Positions 18,875-29,105 of a stretch of DNA of 32,000 bases are shown in pieces; position 1 is the first letter of the stretch; every line of letters starts with the position of its first letter. Made by a program: the position numbers and the translations under genes. Below the pieces are notes generated by a model. It worked only from the letters and a program-made list of their open reading frames with translations. It did not search any database and was not told the origin of the DNA. The DNA is taken from positions 330,001 to 362,000 of the forward strand of contig NZ_AP013043.1 in NCBI RefSeq assembly GCF_016592615.1, in the 5' to 3' direction. This stretch comes from Isorropodon fossajaponicum endosymbiont JTNG4. GTDB taxonomy: Bacteria; Pseudomonadota; Gammaproteobacteria; PS1; Pseudothioglobaceae.

Positions 18875-20309
18875 AAGAACTAAAATATTAATCACACTTG
18901 GTCCTGCAACAGATAAAGAGGGTGTATTAACCCGTATTCTTGGAGCAGGTGTTAATGTTGTGCGCATTAATTTCTCACACGGTTCAGAGGAAGAGCATTT
19001 AAACAGAGTGAAGGCAGTACGCGATTGGGCGCAAGCCAACCAGACTTATGTGGGTGTTTTGATGGATCTTCAAGGCCCTAAAATCCGCATTGCTGCTTTC
19101 AAAGATGGCATGAAAATCCAATTGAGTAATGGCGACGCCTTTGTACTTGATGCTGATTTGGATGAGAATTCAGGTAATAAGCATTCGGTGGGTATTGCGT
19201 ATAAAAAATTACCACAAGAGGTGCAGATTGGTAATGTCTTATTATTGGATGATGGAAAAATAGTACTAGAGGTTACTAGCATTAAAGACAATAAAATTAA
19301 TACCATTGTGACACAAGGCGGTATTTTGTCAGATAAAAAAGGCATTAACCTTCGTGGCGGTGGCTTGTCTGCTAATGCATTGACTGAAAAAGATAAAAAA
19401 GATATCCTAATTGCAGCAAAAGCTAAAGCAGATTATGTGGCCTTATCATTTCCAGTTAGTGGCGATGATGTTCGTGAAACTAAGCAATTATTAGAACAAG
19501 CGGGTTGTAATGCCGGTGTAATTTCAAAAATTGAACGTGCCGAGTCTTTGGTAGAGGATGTTATTTTAGATATCATCAAAGAGTCGGTAGGCATTATGGT
19601 AGCACGTGGCGATTTGGGTGTTGAAATTGGTGATGCACAATTACCTGCACAACAAAAACGCTTAATTAAGTTGGCCAGATCAAATAATCGAATTGTTATT
19701 ACTGCAACACAAATGTTGGAATCAATGATTATCAGTCCAACCCCAACTCGTGCTGAGGTTTTTGATGTTGCTAACGCAGTATTAGATGGTACTGATGCAG
19801 TAATGCTTTCAGCTGAAACAGCGGTAGGTGATTTTCCTGAAAATGCTGTTAAAACTATGCATGATGTTTGTATTGAAGCTGAAAAAAACCCCATTGCTAA
19901 AATATCCCATCATCGTCTTGATGAAACCTTTACTTATATTGACGAAACCATTGCTATGAGTGCAATGTATGCTGCTAATCATATAGGTGCTAGGGTGATT
20001 GCAACCCTAACAGAGAGTGGTAAAACTGCCATATGGATGTCAAGAATTAGTTCAGGTATTCCTATTGTAGCGATGTCTGATAAAGTATCAACTTTGCAAA
20101 AAGCTACCCTCTATAGAGGGGTTCATCCTTGTTTTTTATCAACTAGAAAAGATTGGGCAGAGATAAACAAGGCTGTTATCAAGCGTTTACAAGTTGGCGA
20201 TTTTGTTGATGATGGCGATACTGTTATACTAACCAAGGGTACGTATACAGATAAGTCTGGCGGTACAAATCTGATGAAAATTTTGACAGTGGGTGATTTA
20301 GAGTATTAA
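18867..20309 (+). CDS. pyk: Pyruvate kinase
   Basis: [19 protein letters not shown] and [10 protein letters not shown] are present. It overlaps pgk by 8 nt. Confidence 0.93.
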   Translation: MPRRTKILITLGPATDKEGVLTRILGAGVNVVRINFSHGSEEEHLNRVKAVRDWAQANQTYVGVLMDLQGPKIRIAAFKDGMKIQLSNGDAFVLDADLDENSGNKHSVGIAYKKLPQEVQIGNVLLLDDGKIVLEVTSIKDNKINTIVTQGGILSDKKGINLRGGGLSANALTEKDKKDILIAAKAKADYVALSFPVSGDDVRETKQLLEQAGCNAGVISKIERAESLVEDVILDIIKESVGIMVARGDLGVEIGDAQLPAQQKRLIKLARSNNRIVITATQMLESMIISPTPTRAEVFDVANAVLDGTDAVMLSAETAVGDFPENAVKTMHDVCIEAEKNPIAKISHHRLDETFTYIDETIAMSAMYAANHIGARVIATLTESGKTAIWMSRISSGIPIVAMSDKVSTLQKATLYRGVHPCFLSTRKDWAEINKAVIKRLQVGDFVDDGDTVILTKGTYTDKSGGTNLMKILTVGDLEY

Positions 20310-20380
20310 AATAAGAGTAAAAAAGCGTAACTATTAAATAGAAAAATGCTAAACTTTAACGACTTAAAAAGGAGAAAAAT

Positions 20381-21442
20381 ATGTTAATTTCATTAAGAGA
20401 ACTATTAGACCACGCAGCAGAGAATGGCTATGGTATGCCAGCATTCAATGTTAACAATATGGAGCAAGTCCATGCTATTATGCGAGCTGCAGATAAAACC
20501 AACAGCCCTGTTATTATGCAAGGTTCTGCTGGTGCAAGGGACTATGCAGGCGAGCCATTTTTACGCCATTTAATTTTAGCAGCAACCGAAATGTATCCAC
20601 ACATTCCAGTGGTTATGCACCAAGACCATGGCTCTGAGCCATCTGTTTGTCTGCGCTCAATTCAATCAGGTTTTTCATCAGTGATGATGGATGGTTCATT
20701 AGAAGCAGACATGAAAACACCGGCTTCATTTGAATATAATGTTAATGTGACTGCTGAAGTTGTGAAAATGGCACACGCAGGTGGTGTTTCCGTTGAAGGT
20801 GAGTTAGGTTGTTTAGGTTCATTAGAAACTGGTATGATGGGCGAAGAAGATGGTCATGGTGCTGAAGGTAAGTTAGATTTAGATATGTTGCTAACCTCAG
20901 TTGAAGAAGCCGCTAATTTTGTTAAGGTAACTGATGTTGATGCATTAGCCATTGCTATTGGTACCTCGCACGGCGCTTATAAGTTTACTCAAGAGCCAAC
21001 AGGCGATGTGTTGCGCATTGACAGAATTAAAGAAATCCATGCACGTATTCCAGATACGCATTTAGTGATGCACGGCTCTTCTTCAGTGCCACAAGACTGG
21101 TTAAAAATTATTAACGATTTTGGTGGTGACATGGGTCAAACTTATGGCGTCCCTGTGGAAGAGATTCAAGAAGGCATAAAACACGGTGTACGTAAAGTTA
21201 ATATTGATACTGATTTACGCATGGCGTCAACAGGAGCGGTTCGCAGACACTTGGTTGAAAATACATCAAATTTTGATCCGCGTAAATTTTTAAAAGAAGC
21301 AACCAATGCAATGAGTGATATTTGTGCAGCACGTTTTGAAGCGTTTGGCTCAGCGGGCAATGCAGATAAAATCAAAGTTTCTTCATTAGACACTATGGGT
21401 CAAAGATACTTCTCTGGTGAATTGGACGCCCAAGTTAAGTAG
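20381..21442 (+). CDS. fba: Fructose-bisphosphate aldolase, class II
   Basis: [14 protein letters not shown] and GTSHGAYKF are present. AAAGGAG lies upstream of the ATG. Confidence 0.93.
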   Translation: MLISLRELLDHAAENGYGMPAFNVNNMEQVHAIMRAADKTNSPVIMQGSAGARDYAGEPFLRHLILAATEMYPHIPVVMHQDHGSEPSVCLRSIQSGFSSVMMDGSLEADMKTPASFEYNVNVTAEVVKMAHAGGVSVEGELGCLGSLETGMMGEEDGHGAEGKLDLDMLLTSVEEAANFVKVTDVDALAIAIGTSHGAYKFTQEPTGDVLRIDRIKEIHARIPDTHLVMHGSSSVPQDWLKIINDFGGDMGQTYGVPVEEIQEGIKHGVRKVNIDTDLRMASTGAVRRHLVENTSNFDPRKFLKEATNAMSDICAARFEAFGSAGNADKIKVSSLDTMGQRYFSGELDAQVK

Positions 21443-21454
21443 ACGCTTAGCAAG

Positions 21455-21501
21455 CAAGAATCAAAAAAAGCTCGTTTAAACGGGTCTTTTTTTGATTCTT
21501 G
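21455..21501. terminator. 47-nt near-perfect palindrome, a bidirectional-type intrinsic terminator after fba
   Basis: CAAGAATCAAAAAAAG (21455-21470) and CTTTTTTTGATTCTTG (21486-21501) are exact reverse complements. The inner CGTTTAAACG is also palindromic. A7 and T7 runs lie inside the arms. Confidence 0.6.
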
Positions 21502-21505
21502 AGTC

Positions 21506-23380
21506 ATGAACATGGGGCAAACTAAACACTATTCAGTGATTGTCATTGGTGGCGGTCATGCTGGCACAGAGGCGGCACTTGCGAGTGCTCGTATGGGTGT
21601 TAGTACGTTGCTTATTTCTCATAATATTGAAACGCTTGGGCAAATGAGCTGTAATCCTGCAATTGGCGGGATTGGTAAGGGGCATTTGGTTAAGGAAATT
21701 GATGCGATGGGCGGTGTTATGGCACACGCGATTGACAAATCTGGGATACAATTTCGCACGTTGAATGCTTCAAAAGGTCCTGCAGTGCGTGCGACTCGTG
21801 CGCAAGCTGATCGTATTTTGTATAAAGCACAGATTCATTATGCTTTAGAAAATCAAGATAACCTATCTTTATTTCAGCAGGCGGTTGATGATTTAATCAT
21901 GGAGCATGATCAAATTAAAGGCGTGGTAACTCAGATGGGGCTTGCCTTTATGGCGGATAAGGTTATTTTAACATCAGGTACTTTTTTTGGCGGTGTTATC
22001 CATATTGGACAGTGTAATTTTCAAGGCGGTCGTGCAGGTGATGCGCCATCAAACGCCTTGTCAAGAAAATTGCGCTCTTACGATTTGGGCGTTAGTCGAC
22101 TAAAAACGGGCACACCACCAAGACTGGACGGTAGAACATTGGACTATTCTCTCATGCAGGTACAACCAGGAGACACGCCACTACCGACATTTTCATTCAT
22201 AGGTGTTAAAGAAGACCATCCAAGGCAAATCCCTTGCTATATCACGCATACTAACGAAAAAACCCATGATTTTATTCGCAACGGATTAAAAGACTCACCC
22301 ATGTTTACTGGTAATATCGAAGGTGTTGGCCCCAGATATTGCCCGTCAATTGAAGATAAGGTGGTGCGCTTTAGTGAACGTGATTCACATCAAATTTTTG
22401 TTGAGCCTGAAGGACTAACCACCAATGAGGTTTACCCAAATGGGGTGTCTACATCGTTGTCTTATGAAATACAATTAGATTTTATTCATTCAATTAAGGG
22501 TTTTGAAAATGCTCAAATCATACGTCCAGGCTATGCGATTGAATATGATTTTTTTGACCCAAGAGGGCTGAAGCAAACACTAGAAGTTAAGAAAATTTCA
22601 GGGCTATACTTCGCCGGGCAAATTAATGGCACTACAGGCTATGAAGAAGCAGCAGCCCAAGGGTTGTTGGCAGGTGTTAATGCGGCATGTGCTATATTAG
22701 AAAAAGACGCTTGGTTACCAAAACGTGATGAGTCTTATATTGGCGTTATGGTGGATGATTTGATTACTAAAGGCACTAATGAGCCTTATCGAATGTTTAC
22801 TTCACGCGCTGAATATCGACTTCTATTAAGAGAGGATAATGCAGATGAGCGCCTTACGCCCAAGGCTAAAGAGCTTGGGTTGATTAGTGAGGCGCGTTGG
22901 CAGTCTTTTCAAGTTAAATATGAGGCTATCGTACAAGAAAAAAATCGTCTTAAAAATACTTGGATACAAGCGAGGGACACTCAAGCTGGCGTAGTTTTAA
23001 ATCAAAATTTAAACCATGAATATTCTTTACTTGAGCTGCTTAAACGGCCTAAGGTTGATTATCAAACATTAAGCCAAATCGAATCTGGCAAACCGTTTTT
23101 AACGGATGCTACTTTAATTAATGCGGTTGAAAATCAAATCAAATATGCCGGTTACATTAAGCGCCAATTAGAGGAAATTGAAAAATACCGCAAGAATGAA
23201 AATACAGCACTATCTGCAGAGATAGATTATGACTCAATTAAAGCACTCTCTGCTGAGGTCAGACAAAAACTTGAACTGCACAAGCCAGAGACCATTGGTC
23301 AAGCAAGCCGTATCCAAGGTGTCACCCCTGCTTCTATTTCCATTTTGTTGGTTTATTTAAAAACGTATCAGTCAAAATGA
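21506..23380 (+). CDS. mnmG: tRNA uridine-5-carboxymethylaminomethyl synthesis enzyme MnmG (GidA)
   Basis: [25 protein letters not shown] and [16 protein letters not shown] are present. Confidence 0.95.
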   Translation: MNMGQTKHYSVIVIGGGHAGTEAALASARMGVSTLLISHNIETLGQMSCNPAIGGIGKGHLVKEIDAMGGVMAHAIDKSGIQFRTLNASKGPAVRATRAQADRILYKAQIHYALENQDNLSLFQQAVDDLIMEHDQIKGVVTQMGLAFMADKVILTSGTFFGGVIHIGQCNFQGGRAGDAPSNALSRKLRSYDLGVSRLKTGTPPRLDGRTLDYSLMQVQPGDTPLPTFSFIGVKEDHPRQIPCYITHTNEKTHDFIRNGLKDSPMFTGNIEGVGPRYCPSIEDKVVRFSERDSHQIFVEPEGLTTNEVYPNGVSTSLSYEIQLDFIHSIKGFENAQIIRPGYAIEYDFFDPRGLKQTLEVKKISGLYFAGQINGTTGYEEAAAQGLLAGVNAACAILEKDAWLPKRDESYIGVMVDDLITKGTNEPYRMFTSRAEYRLLLREDNADERLTPKAKELGLISEARWQSFQVKYEAIVQEKNRLKNTWIQARDTQAGVVLNQNLNHEYSLLELLKRPKVDYQTLSQIESGKPFLTDATLINAVENQIKYAGYIKRQLEEIEKYRKNENTALSAEIDYDSIKALSAEVRQKLELHKPETIGQASRIQGVTPASISILLVYLKTYQSK

Positions 23381-23988
23381 GTTCTGAAGCGTTGTTAATA
23401 GAAGGTGCCAGCTTGATGGGTATTAAGCTTGAAAGTGAACAAATCAGCAAATTGATGAACTATCTTGAGTTGATTATTAAATGGAATAAGACTTACAACC
23501 TAAGCGCCATCAGAACCATAGAGCAAGGCGTTTACAAGCACTTATTAGATAGCTTATCAGTCATTACGTATATTAAAGATAAGCCCTTATTAGATGTCGG
23601 TTCTGGTGCGGGTCTACCAGGTATCGTGATTAGTATTATGAGACCTGAGCTTTCAGTTACTGTGCTTGATACAGTTGGTAAAAAATGTTGTTTTATGCAA
23701 TTTGTCAAAACCCAACTACAATTGAAAAATCTTAATGTGATTAATAATAGAGTAGAAACTTATCAAGTTGAGTTTCGCTTTGGACAGATTATTTCAAGAG
23801 CCTTTTCAGAGGTTGAAAAAATATTGAAATTGACACAACATTTATTATGCGATAATGGCGAATACTTGCTGATGAAAGCAGCGAGCTTTCAACAAGAGAC
23901 ATTGCCTTACGGTATAAACATTCAGCCGTTATGCGTTCCAGGAGTCTTGGGCAGGCGATATTTATTAATTCTTAGGAGAGAAAAATGA
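23377..23988 (+). CDS. rsmG: 16S rRNA (guanine527-N7)-methyltransferase RsmG (GidB)
   Basis: [11 protein letters not shown] and the SAM motif [11 protein letters not shown] are present. An ATGA overlap joins it to mnmG. Confidence 0.9.
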   Translation: MSSEALLIEGASLMGIKLESEQISKLMNYLELIIKWNKTYNLSAIRTIEQGVYKHLLDSLSVITYIKDKPLLDVGSGAGLPGIVISIMRPELSVTVLDTVGKKCCFMQFVKTQLQLKNLNVINNRVETYQVEFRFGQIISRAFSEVEKILKLTQHLLCDNGEYLLMKAASFQQETLPYGINIQPLCVPGVLGRRYLLILRREK

Positions 23989-24785
23989 AAAAAATAGGGT
24001 ATTTTCTAATAGGTTTGATTATTGTTTTAGCGCTTATTATGACGTTTGCATTTGACCCAATGGGTAAAAAATATGCACAACAATATGCACAAAATTTACT
24101 CAAAACACCGGTAACCATTAGCCAATTTAGCAGTAGTTTTTTAGATAAACGTCTAAATATTGATTTTATTGAAGTGCAGAATCCACCAAATTTCAACAAT
24201 AAAGATGTCTTTTCTTTAGACCACTTTGTATTAAAAATAAGTGATGAAACCACCTCAGATTTGATTGTCATTGATGAGCTATCTTTTGATGGAATGCATT
24301 TTGTTTTGGAACAAAATAAAGCCAATGTGAATTTAGTTACACTAATTGATAACTTAGATAAAGCGAGTAGTGACACTACTTTATCTTCATATGAAAAGAC
24401 CCAAAGTGCTGGCAATAAAAGAATTAAAATTAATCAATTTAATGTCATTAATACCACATTAAAAATTGACACAAAGTGGCTTAAAGAAACCATCAAAGTG
24501 CCCAATATTAATCTTCAAAAATTCGGTGGTGGTAATGGTATTGCACTTAGTCAAGTTGGTCAAGAATTGATGACAGTTGTGCTTAAAAATCTAAAAGGCG
24601 CTTTAGAGAAAAAAGGCATTGAACTGGGTAAGAAAGAAATTAAAGAGACCTTAATGCGTAAATTGGGGGTGGATAATATTAAAGAAAAATTTAACTTAGA
24701 TAAAATTAAAGACTCATTGAATTTTGGTGGCACAGAAGAGCTAAAAAACAAAGCCAAAGATTTATTTAAGCAACTTGGTTTTTAA
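23985..24785 (+). CDS. Hypothetical membrane-anchored protein (weak AsmA-like N-terminal resemblance, Lys/Glu-rich tail)
   Basis: 266 aa with one N-terminal TM segment (IGYFLIGLIIVLALIMTFAF). Alternating beta-like segments follow, and the C-terminus is K/E-rich. An ATGA overlap joins it to rsmG. I recognise no family motif with confidence. Confidence 0.55.
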   Translation: MKKIGYFLIGLIIVLALIMTFAFDPMGKKYAQQYAQNLLKTPVTISQFSSSFLDKRLNIDFIEVQNPPNFNNKDVFSLDHFVLKISDETTSDLIVIDELSFDGMHFVLEQNKANVNLVTLIDNLDKASSDTTLSSYEKTQSAGNKRIKINQFNVINTTLKIDTKWLKETIKVPNINLQKFGGGNGIALSQVGQELMTVVLKNLKGALEKKGIELGKKEIKETLMRKLGVDNIKEKFNLDKIKDSLNFGGTEELKNKAKDLFKQLGF

Positions 24786-24791
24786 TTAATT

Positions 24792-25562
24792 GTGCAAATA
24801 GTTGACTCGCATTGTCATCTTGATAGGGTAGATTTATCCGCTTTTGGTGGTAGTGTTGAGCGTATGCTTGTTCACGCTAAAGAATTATCGGTAACGCAAT
24901 TTTTATGTGTGTGTATTGATTTAGAGCATTTTGATGAGGTGCTTTCTTTAGCGAAAAACCATTCGCAAATTTACGGCTCAGTTGGCGTGCATCCTTGTGA
25001 ACTAGAGGGTAAAGATCCAAGTGTGAAAGAATTATTAGCATTGTCAGAACATGACAAAATTATTGCTATTGGTGAAACTGGCTTGGATTATTTCCATGTT
25101 GAAAAAGACACGGCTGACTGGCAAAGAGATCGTTTTAGGCGGCATATTAAAGCCTCAAACCAATCAGGCAAGCCGATGATTATTCATACACGTAACGCCA
25201 AAGAAGACACCATTGCAATTATGCAAGCTGAAAAAGCTGAACAGGGCGTTATGCATTGCTTTTCTGAGGACTGGGAAACTGCTAAGGCAGCATTGGATTT
25301 AGGTTTTTTTATTTCTTTTTCTGGCATTGTTACCTTTAAAAGTGCTAAAGATTTACGTGAAGTGGCAAAAAAAGTACCCAGCGATAGATTGCTAGTTGAG
25401 ACTGATTCACCTTATTTAACGCCTGTACCTTATAGAGGCAAGCCTAATTCACCAGCTTATAGCTATTATGTTGCTGAAAAGTTAGCTGAAATTCGTAGCG
25501 TGAGTATTAATGATATTGCCAATACAACCACAAATAATTTTGAACAACTTTTCTTAGCGTGA
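24792..25562 (+). CDS. tatD: TatD-family metal-dependent hydrolase (YcfH-like)
   Basis: The start is GTG. VDSHCHLD, GETGLDY, IHTR and ETDSPYL are present. Confidence 0.88.
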   Translation: MQIVDSHCHLDRVDLSAFGGSVERMLVHAKELSVTQFLCVCIDLEHFDEVLSLAKNHSQIYGSVGVHPCELEGKDPSVKELLALSEHDKIIAIGETGLDYFHVEKDTADWQRDRFRRHIKASNQSGKPMIIHTRNAKEDTIAIMQAEKAEQGVMHCFSEDWETAKAALDLGFFISFSGIVTFKSAKDLREVAKKVPSDRLLVETDSPYLTPVPYRGKPNSPAYSYYVAEKLAEIRSVSINDIANTTTNNFEQLFLA

Positions 25563-26470
25563 GCGTGAGTTTTCAAACGGTTGATGAATTTTCAGAGGGT
25601 CAACGCCTGGATAATTATTTGCTTAAAACACTTAAAGGCGTTCCCAAATCACACATCTACCGGGTTATTCGCAAAGGTGAGGTGCGCGTTAATAAAGGCA
25701 GAAAAAAAGCGGACTATAAACTCATTTTGGATGATGTTGTGCGTATTCCGCCAATTAAAGTGTCTGTCACTAATTCTGTATATACCTCAGATAGCTTAAA
25801 AAAATTATTAATCGATGCTAAGTTGTATGAGGACAAGGGTTTGCTTATTATCAACAAGCCAAGTGGCTTGGCAGTACATAGTGGCTCTGGGGTTGATGTT
25901 GGTGTTATTGAAGCGCTTAGGCAAATGTATAAAGAGCCCATTGAATTGGTACACCGATTAGATCGCGCCACTTCTGGGGTGCTTTTAATTGCTAAAAAGC
26001 GTAACGTTTTAAAAAATTTGCACGAGCAACTCAGTCAGCACACTGTTGAAAAACGCTATACAGCCTTGGTTAAGGGAGTCTGGTCAAAAAAGCGTCATAC
26101 TATTGATGCACCACTTTATCAAAACTCAAGATACGTTGTGGTGGATGCTAAGGGTAAATATGCAGTTAGTCATTTTCAGCCACTTAAAAATTTTTCTGCT
26201 GGGGATTTTTCTGCTTCATTGGTTGAGGTTAGTATTGAAACTGGACGCACTCACCAAATCCGCGTGCACGCAAAGTATGCTGGACATGCACTGGCTTGTG
26301 ATGACAAATATGGGGACAAAGAATTTGACAGGCAAGTTAAATTCAAAGGCTTAAAAAGATTATTCCTACATGCACATCAGCTTATCTTCACCAATCCATT
26401 AACCAATGATATTCAGAAAGTGAATGTATCTTTGCCAGTCGAACTGGAAGAATTTTTAGCTAAACTATGA
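25559..26470 (+). CDS. rluC: 23S rRNA pseudouridine synthase, RluC-like (RluA family with an S4 domain)
   Basis: The S4-like segment GQRLDNYLLK...IYRVIRKGEVRVN is present, together with the catalytic HRLDRATSGVLLIAK and GRTHQIRVH. The start is GTG and overlaps the tatD stop. Confidence 0.85.
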   Translation: MSVSFQTVDEFSEGQRLDNYLLKTLKGVPKSHIYRVIRKGEVRVNKGRKKADYKLILDDVVRIPPIKVSVTNSVYTSDSLKKLLIDAKLYEDKGLLIINKPSGLAVHSGSGVDVGVIEALRQMYKEPIELVHRLDRATSGVLLIAKKRNVLKNLHEQLSQHTVEKRYTALVKGVWSKKRHTIDAPLYQNSRYVVVDAKGKYAVSHFQPLKNFSAGDFSASLVEVSIETGRTHQIRVHAKYAGHALACDDKYGDKEFDRQVKFKGLKRLFLHAHQLIFTNPLTNDIQKVNVSLPVELEEFLAKL

Positions 26471-27336
26471 GCTCGCAGCCCAAGACTACTTCCTTCGGGG
26501 CATATTTGCGCCTGATGCGTTTAGATAAGCCAATTGGTATTTATTTATTATTATGGTCAACATTGTGGGCGTTGTTTTTGGCAGCAGAAGGCGTACCTGA
26601 TCTAAAATTATTATTGATTTTTGTTTTGGGCGTTGTTTTAATGCGATCAGCAGGTTGTGTGATTAATGACTATGCAGACAGACACATTGATAAACTCATA
26701 GAACGCACCAAACACAGACCCATTACTTCAGGTGAGATTAATCATAAATCTGCGCTTAAATTGTTTGTGTTACTAATTATGCTGGCATTTGTATTGGTAC
26801 TATTAACCAATTGGCTAACCGTTCAACTTGCGATGATTACAGCACTATTAACAATTTTGTATCCATTCACTAAGCGTTGGACTAACTTGCCACAGTTTGT
26901 ATTAGGTTTGGCATTTTCTATGAGTGTGCCAATGGCTTTTTCAGCAACCCTTAATACCATGCCAATTACTATTTGGTATGTATTTGCAGCAACGATAATT
27001 TGGACGGTAATCTATGACACGATGTACGCCATGGCTGATCGAGAAGAAGATTTAAAAATTGGGGTCAAATCAACTGCTATTTTATTTGCTAAATTTGACC
27101 GATTAATCATCGGAATTCTGCAAATTGGATTGTTGTTAATTCTAATAAAAATGTCAGATGTTTTCAATCTAACTATCCTTTATGACATTTCATTAGTCTT
27201 GGTTGCATTGTTAATGATTTATCATCAATTTCTTATTAGAAATCGCAAGAAGAACGACTGTTTTCACGGATTTTTACATAATAATTATATAGGCATGGTC
27301 ATTTTTGCAGGCATTGCACTATCTGTTGCTTTATAA
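26467..27336 (+). CDS. ubiA: 4-hydroxybenzoate polyprenyltransferase
   Basis: NDYADRHID, YDTMYAMADREEDLKIGVKSTA and multiple TM segments are present. An ATGA overlap joins it to rluC. Confidence 0.92.
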   Translation: MSSQPKTTSFGAYLRLMRLDKPIGIYLLLWSTLWALFLAAEGVPDLKLLLIFVLGVVLMRSAGCVINDYADRHIDKLIERTKHRPITSGEINHKSALKLFVLLIMLAFVLVLLTNWLTVQLAMITALLTILYPFTKRWTNLPQFVLGLAFSMSVPMAFSATLNTMPITIWYVFAATIIWTVIYDTMYAMADREEDLKIGVKSTAILFAKFDRLIIGILQIGLLLILIKMSDVFNLTILYDISLVLVALLMIYHQFLIRNRKKNDCFHGFLHNNYIGMVIFAGIALSVAL

Positions 27337-27360
27337 GTATTTTGGCGTATTAAAATACTT
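27335..27360. terminator. Candidate bidirectional hairpin between the convergent ubiA and DUF218 genes
   Basis: AAGTATTTT (27335-27343) pairs with AAAATACTT (27352-27360) across an 8-nt loop. The stem is AT-rich, so this is weak. Confidence 0.3.
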
Positions 27361-27367
27361 TATTTTC

Positions 27368-28111
27368 TTAATGAATTAGATAATGCCAAGCAATGCCCAA
27401 GAACTCGTGAATGGCAATTTCTGATTTTTTAAAAGCGCCAATAGTTGGTTGAGTAAGCCATGCTTGATTCTTCCCATGAAAATCTGTGGGCGCAGCAATT
27501 GGGTTCATGCCCATATTTTTGAATAGTGTCATGGCCCTAGGCATATGTGATGCTGAAGTAACAAGCGCAAAAGACTTGTCATTAATAATTGATTTAGCAA
27601 GTACTGCCTCTTCTTGAGTGTCTTTTGGTTGCCCATTAATGATTATACTTTGATGACTAATGCCCGCAACTTTGGAAATTTTTGCATTGGTTATGAGGTT
27701 GCTTGACCCCTCATAACCAGTAAAAATCATCTTTAAATTGGGATTATTGATGGCCTTAAAGATGCGAACACCCTCTATGGTTCTTTTTAAGCTAGCATTG
27801 CTGATTTGGCTAGACAATGGCCGGTTAGTATTATCATAATGGTCAGCACCTAAAACATGGATATATTCAATGTTGTTATTGTTAAGGTTGTATTTTTGGT
27901 AAGTGTTTTCTAGTGGTATTATTAAATTATTAGCAACTGGTGGGTAGCTAAAAAATAGCAACAAGAAGACAGAAATACTTAGAAGCACCCTAGCCTTTGT
28001 ATAACTAGACCGATATAAGAAATACAAGCCAACAAGTGCTAAGGCTAGTATTAACCCTAATGGCTCAACAAAAAAAGTAATGAACTTTTTTGCTAAGAAA
28101 AGAAGTGTCAT
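27368..28111 (-). CDS. DUF218 (ElyC/YdcF/SanA-family) membrane protein
   Basis: 247 aa with N-terminal TM segments. ...ALVTSASHMPRAM... is typical of the DUF218 core, as I recall it. Confidence 0.7.
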   Translation of the reverse strand: MTLLFLAKKFITFFVEPLGLILALALVGLYFLYRSSYTKARVLLSISVFLLLFFSYPPVANNLIIPLENTYQKYNLNNNNIEYIHVLGADHYDNTNRPLSSQISNASLKRTIEGVRIFKAINNPNLKMIFTGYEGSSNLITNAKISKVAGISHQSIIINGQPKDTQEEAVLAKSIINDKSFALVTSASHMPRAMTLFKNMGMNPIAAPTDFHGKNQAWLTQPTIGAFKKSEIAIHEFLGIAWHYLIH

Positions 28112-28119
28112 TTGCTTGT

Positions 28120-28935
28120 TTAAATGCCTCGTAAAAGCTCGTTGATACCCACTTTAGAGCGTGTCTTGGCATCAACTTGCTTGACAATTACTGCACAATA
28201 AAGCGAATAAGTGCCATCTTTGCTTGGTAAATTGCCAGATACAACTACTGAACCAGCAGGAATACGTCCATACGTGATTTCTCCCGTTTCACGATTGAAA
28301 ATTTTGGTGGATTGTCCAATATAAACCCCCATTGAAATAACCGCATCTTGTTCAACAATTACGCCTTCCACGACTTCTGACCTGGCACCAATAAAACAGT
28401 TGTCTTCAATAATCGTTGGACTGGCCTGTAATGGCTCTAATACACCGCCGATGCCAACACCACCTGATAGATGAACGTTTTTACCGATTTGTGCGCATGA
28501 GCCAACTGTTGCCCAAGTATCTACCATCGTGCCTGAGTCCACATAAGCGCCAATATTGACATAACTGGGCATTAGCACTGTGTCTTTAGCAATGAAAGAG
28601 CCGCGGCGTGCACTTGCTGGTGGCACCACACGAACACCTGCTGTATTAAATTCATCTGCTGACATATCAGCAAATTTAGAAGGCACTTTGTCAAAGTATT
28701 GAGTAAAACCACCTTGCATAACGACATTGTCTTCTAATCTAAAAGATAACAGGACTGCTTTTTTTAACCATTCGTTAACAACCCAATCGCCCACACCTTT
28801 TTGCTCGGCAACACGTGCTTGGCCTGAATCAAGCAAATGGATGGCCTCAGCAACGGCTTGTTTGATTTCTATGCTGGCTGATTGTGGGTTAATATTAGCT
28901 CTGTTTTCAAAGGCTTGTTCAATAATATCTTTCAT
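28120..28935 (-). CDS. dapD: Tetrahydrodipicolinate N-succinyltransferase
   Basis: 271 aa. The N-terminus ...[18 protein letters not shown]... is followed by hexapeptide repeats ([45 protein letters not shown]). Confidence 0.92.
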   Translation of the reverse strand: MKDIIEQAFENRANINPQSASIEIKQAVAEAIHLLDSGQARVAEQKGVGDWVVNEWLKKAVLLSFRLEDNVVMQGGFTQYFDKVPSKFADMSADEFNTAGVRVVPPASARRGSFIAKDTVLMPSYVNIGAYVDSGTMVDTWATVGSCAQIGKNVHLSGGVGIGGVLEPLQASPTIIEDNCFIGARSEVVEGVIVEQDAVISMGVYIGQSTKIFNRETGEITYGRIPAGSVVVSGNLPSKDGTYSLYCAVIVKQVDAKTRSKVGINELLRGI

Positions 28936-29042
28936 GTTAAATCCTGTCCAAAAAATTAGGCATTATATCAGCAAGCGAGTTTTATTGATAAGTGGGTTTA
29001 AATTGTTGTATTTTTTGATGCAAATCAAGAAAAAAATTAGGA

Positions 29043-29070
29043 TTGATGATATGATACGCAAGGTTAAAAT
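29043..29070 (+). promoter_or_regulatory. Candidate sigma70 promoter whose predicted start site falls inside the poly-C tract
   Basis: TTGATG (29043-29048), 16 nt, TAAAAT (29065-29070). A start 6-8 nt downstream would be at about 29076-29078, within C18. Confidence 0.3.
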
Positions 29071-29072
29071 AT

Positions 29073-29090
29073 CCCCCCCCCCCCCCCCCC
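29073..29090. repeat. Homopolymeric C18 tract (G18 on the minus strand)
   Basis: I counted 18 consecutive C residues directly. They lie 3 nt before AAAGAGG (the SD, 29094-29100) and 15 nt before the ccoG ATG (29106). Confidence 0.95.
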
Positions 29091-29105
29091 ATTAAAGAGG
29101 CAAGT

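Noticed and set aside
21443-21505. oriC upstream of mnmG (gidA)
   Set aside because: The spacer is only 63 bp and is filled by a hairpin. There are no clustered TTATCCACA-like DnaA boxes or AT-rich 13-mers. The only TTGTCCACA strings are inside the IS copies.
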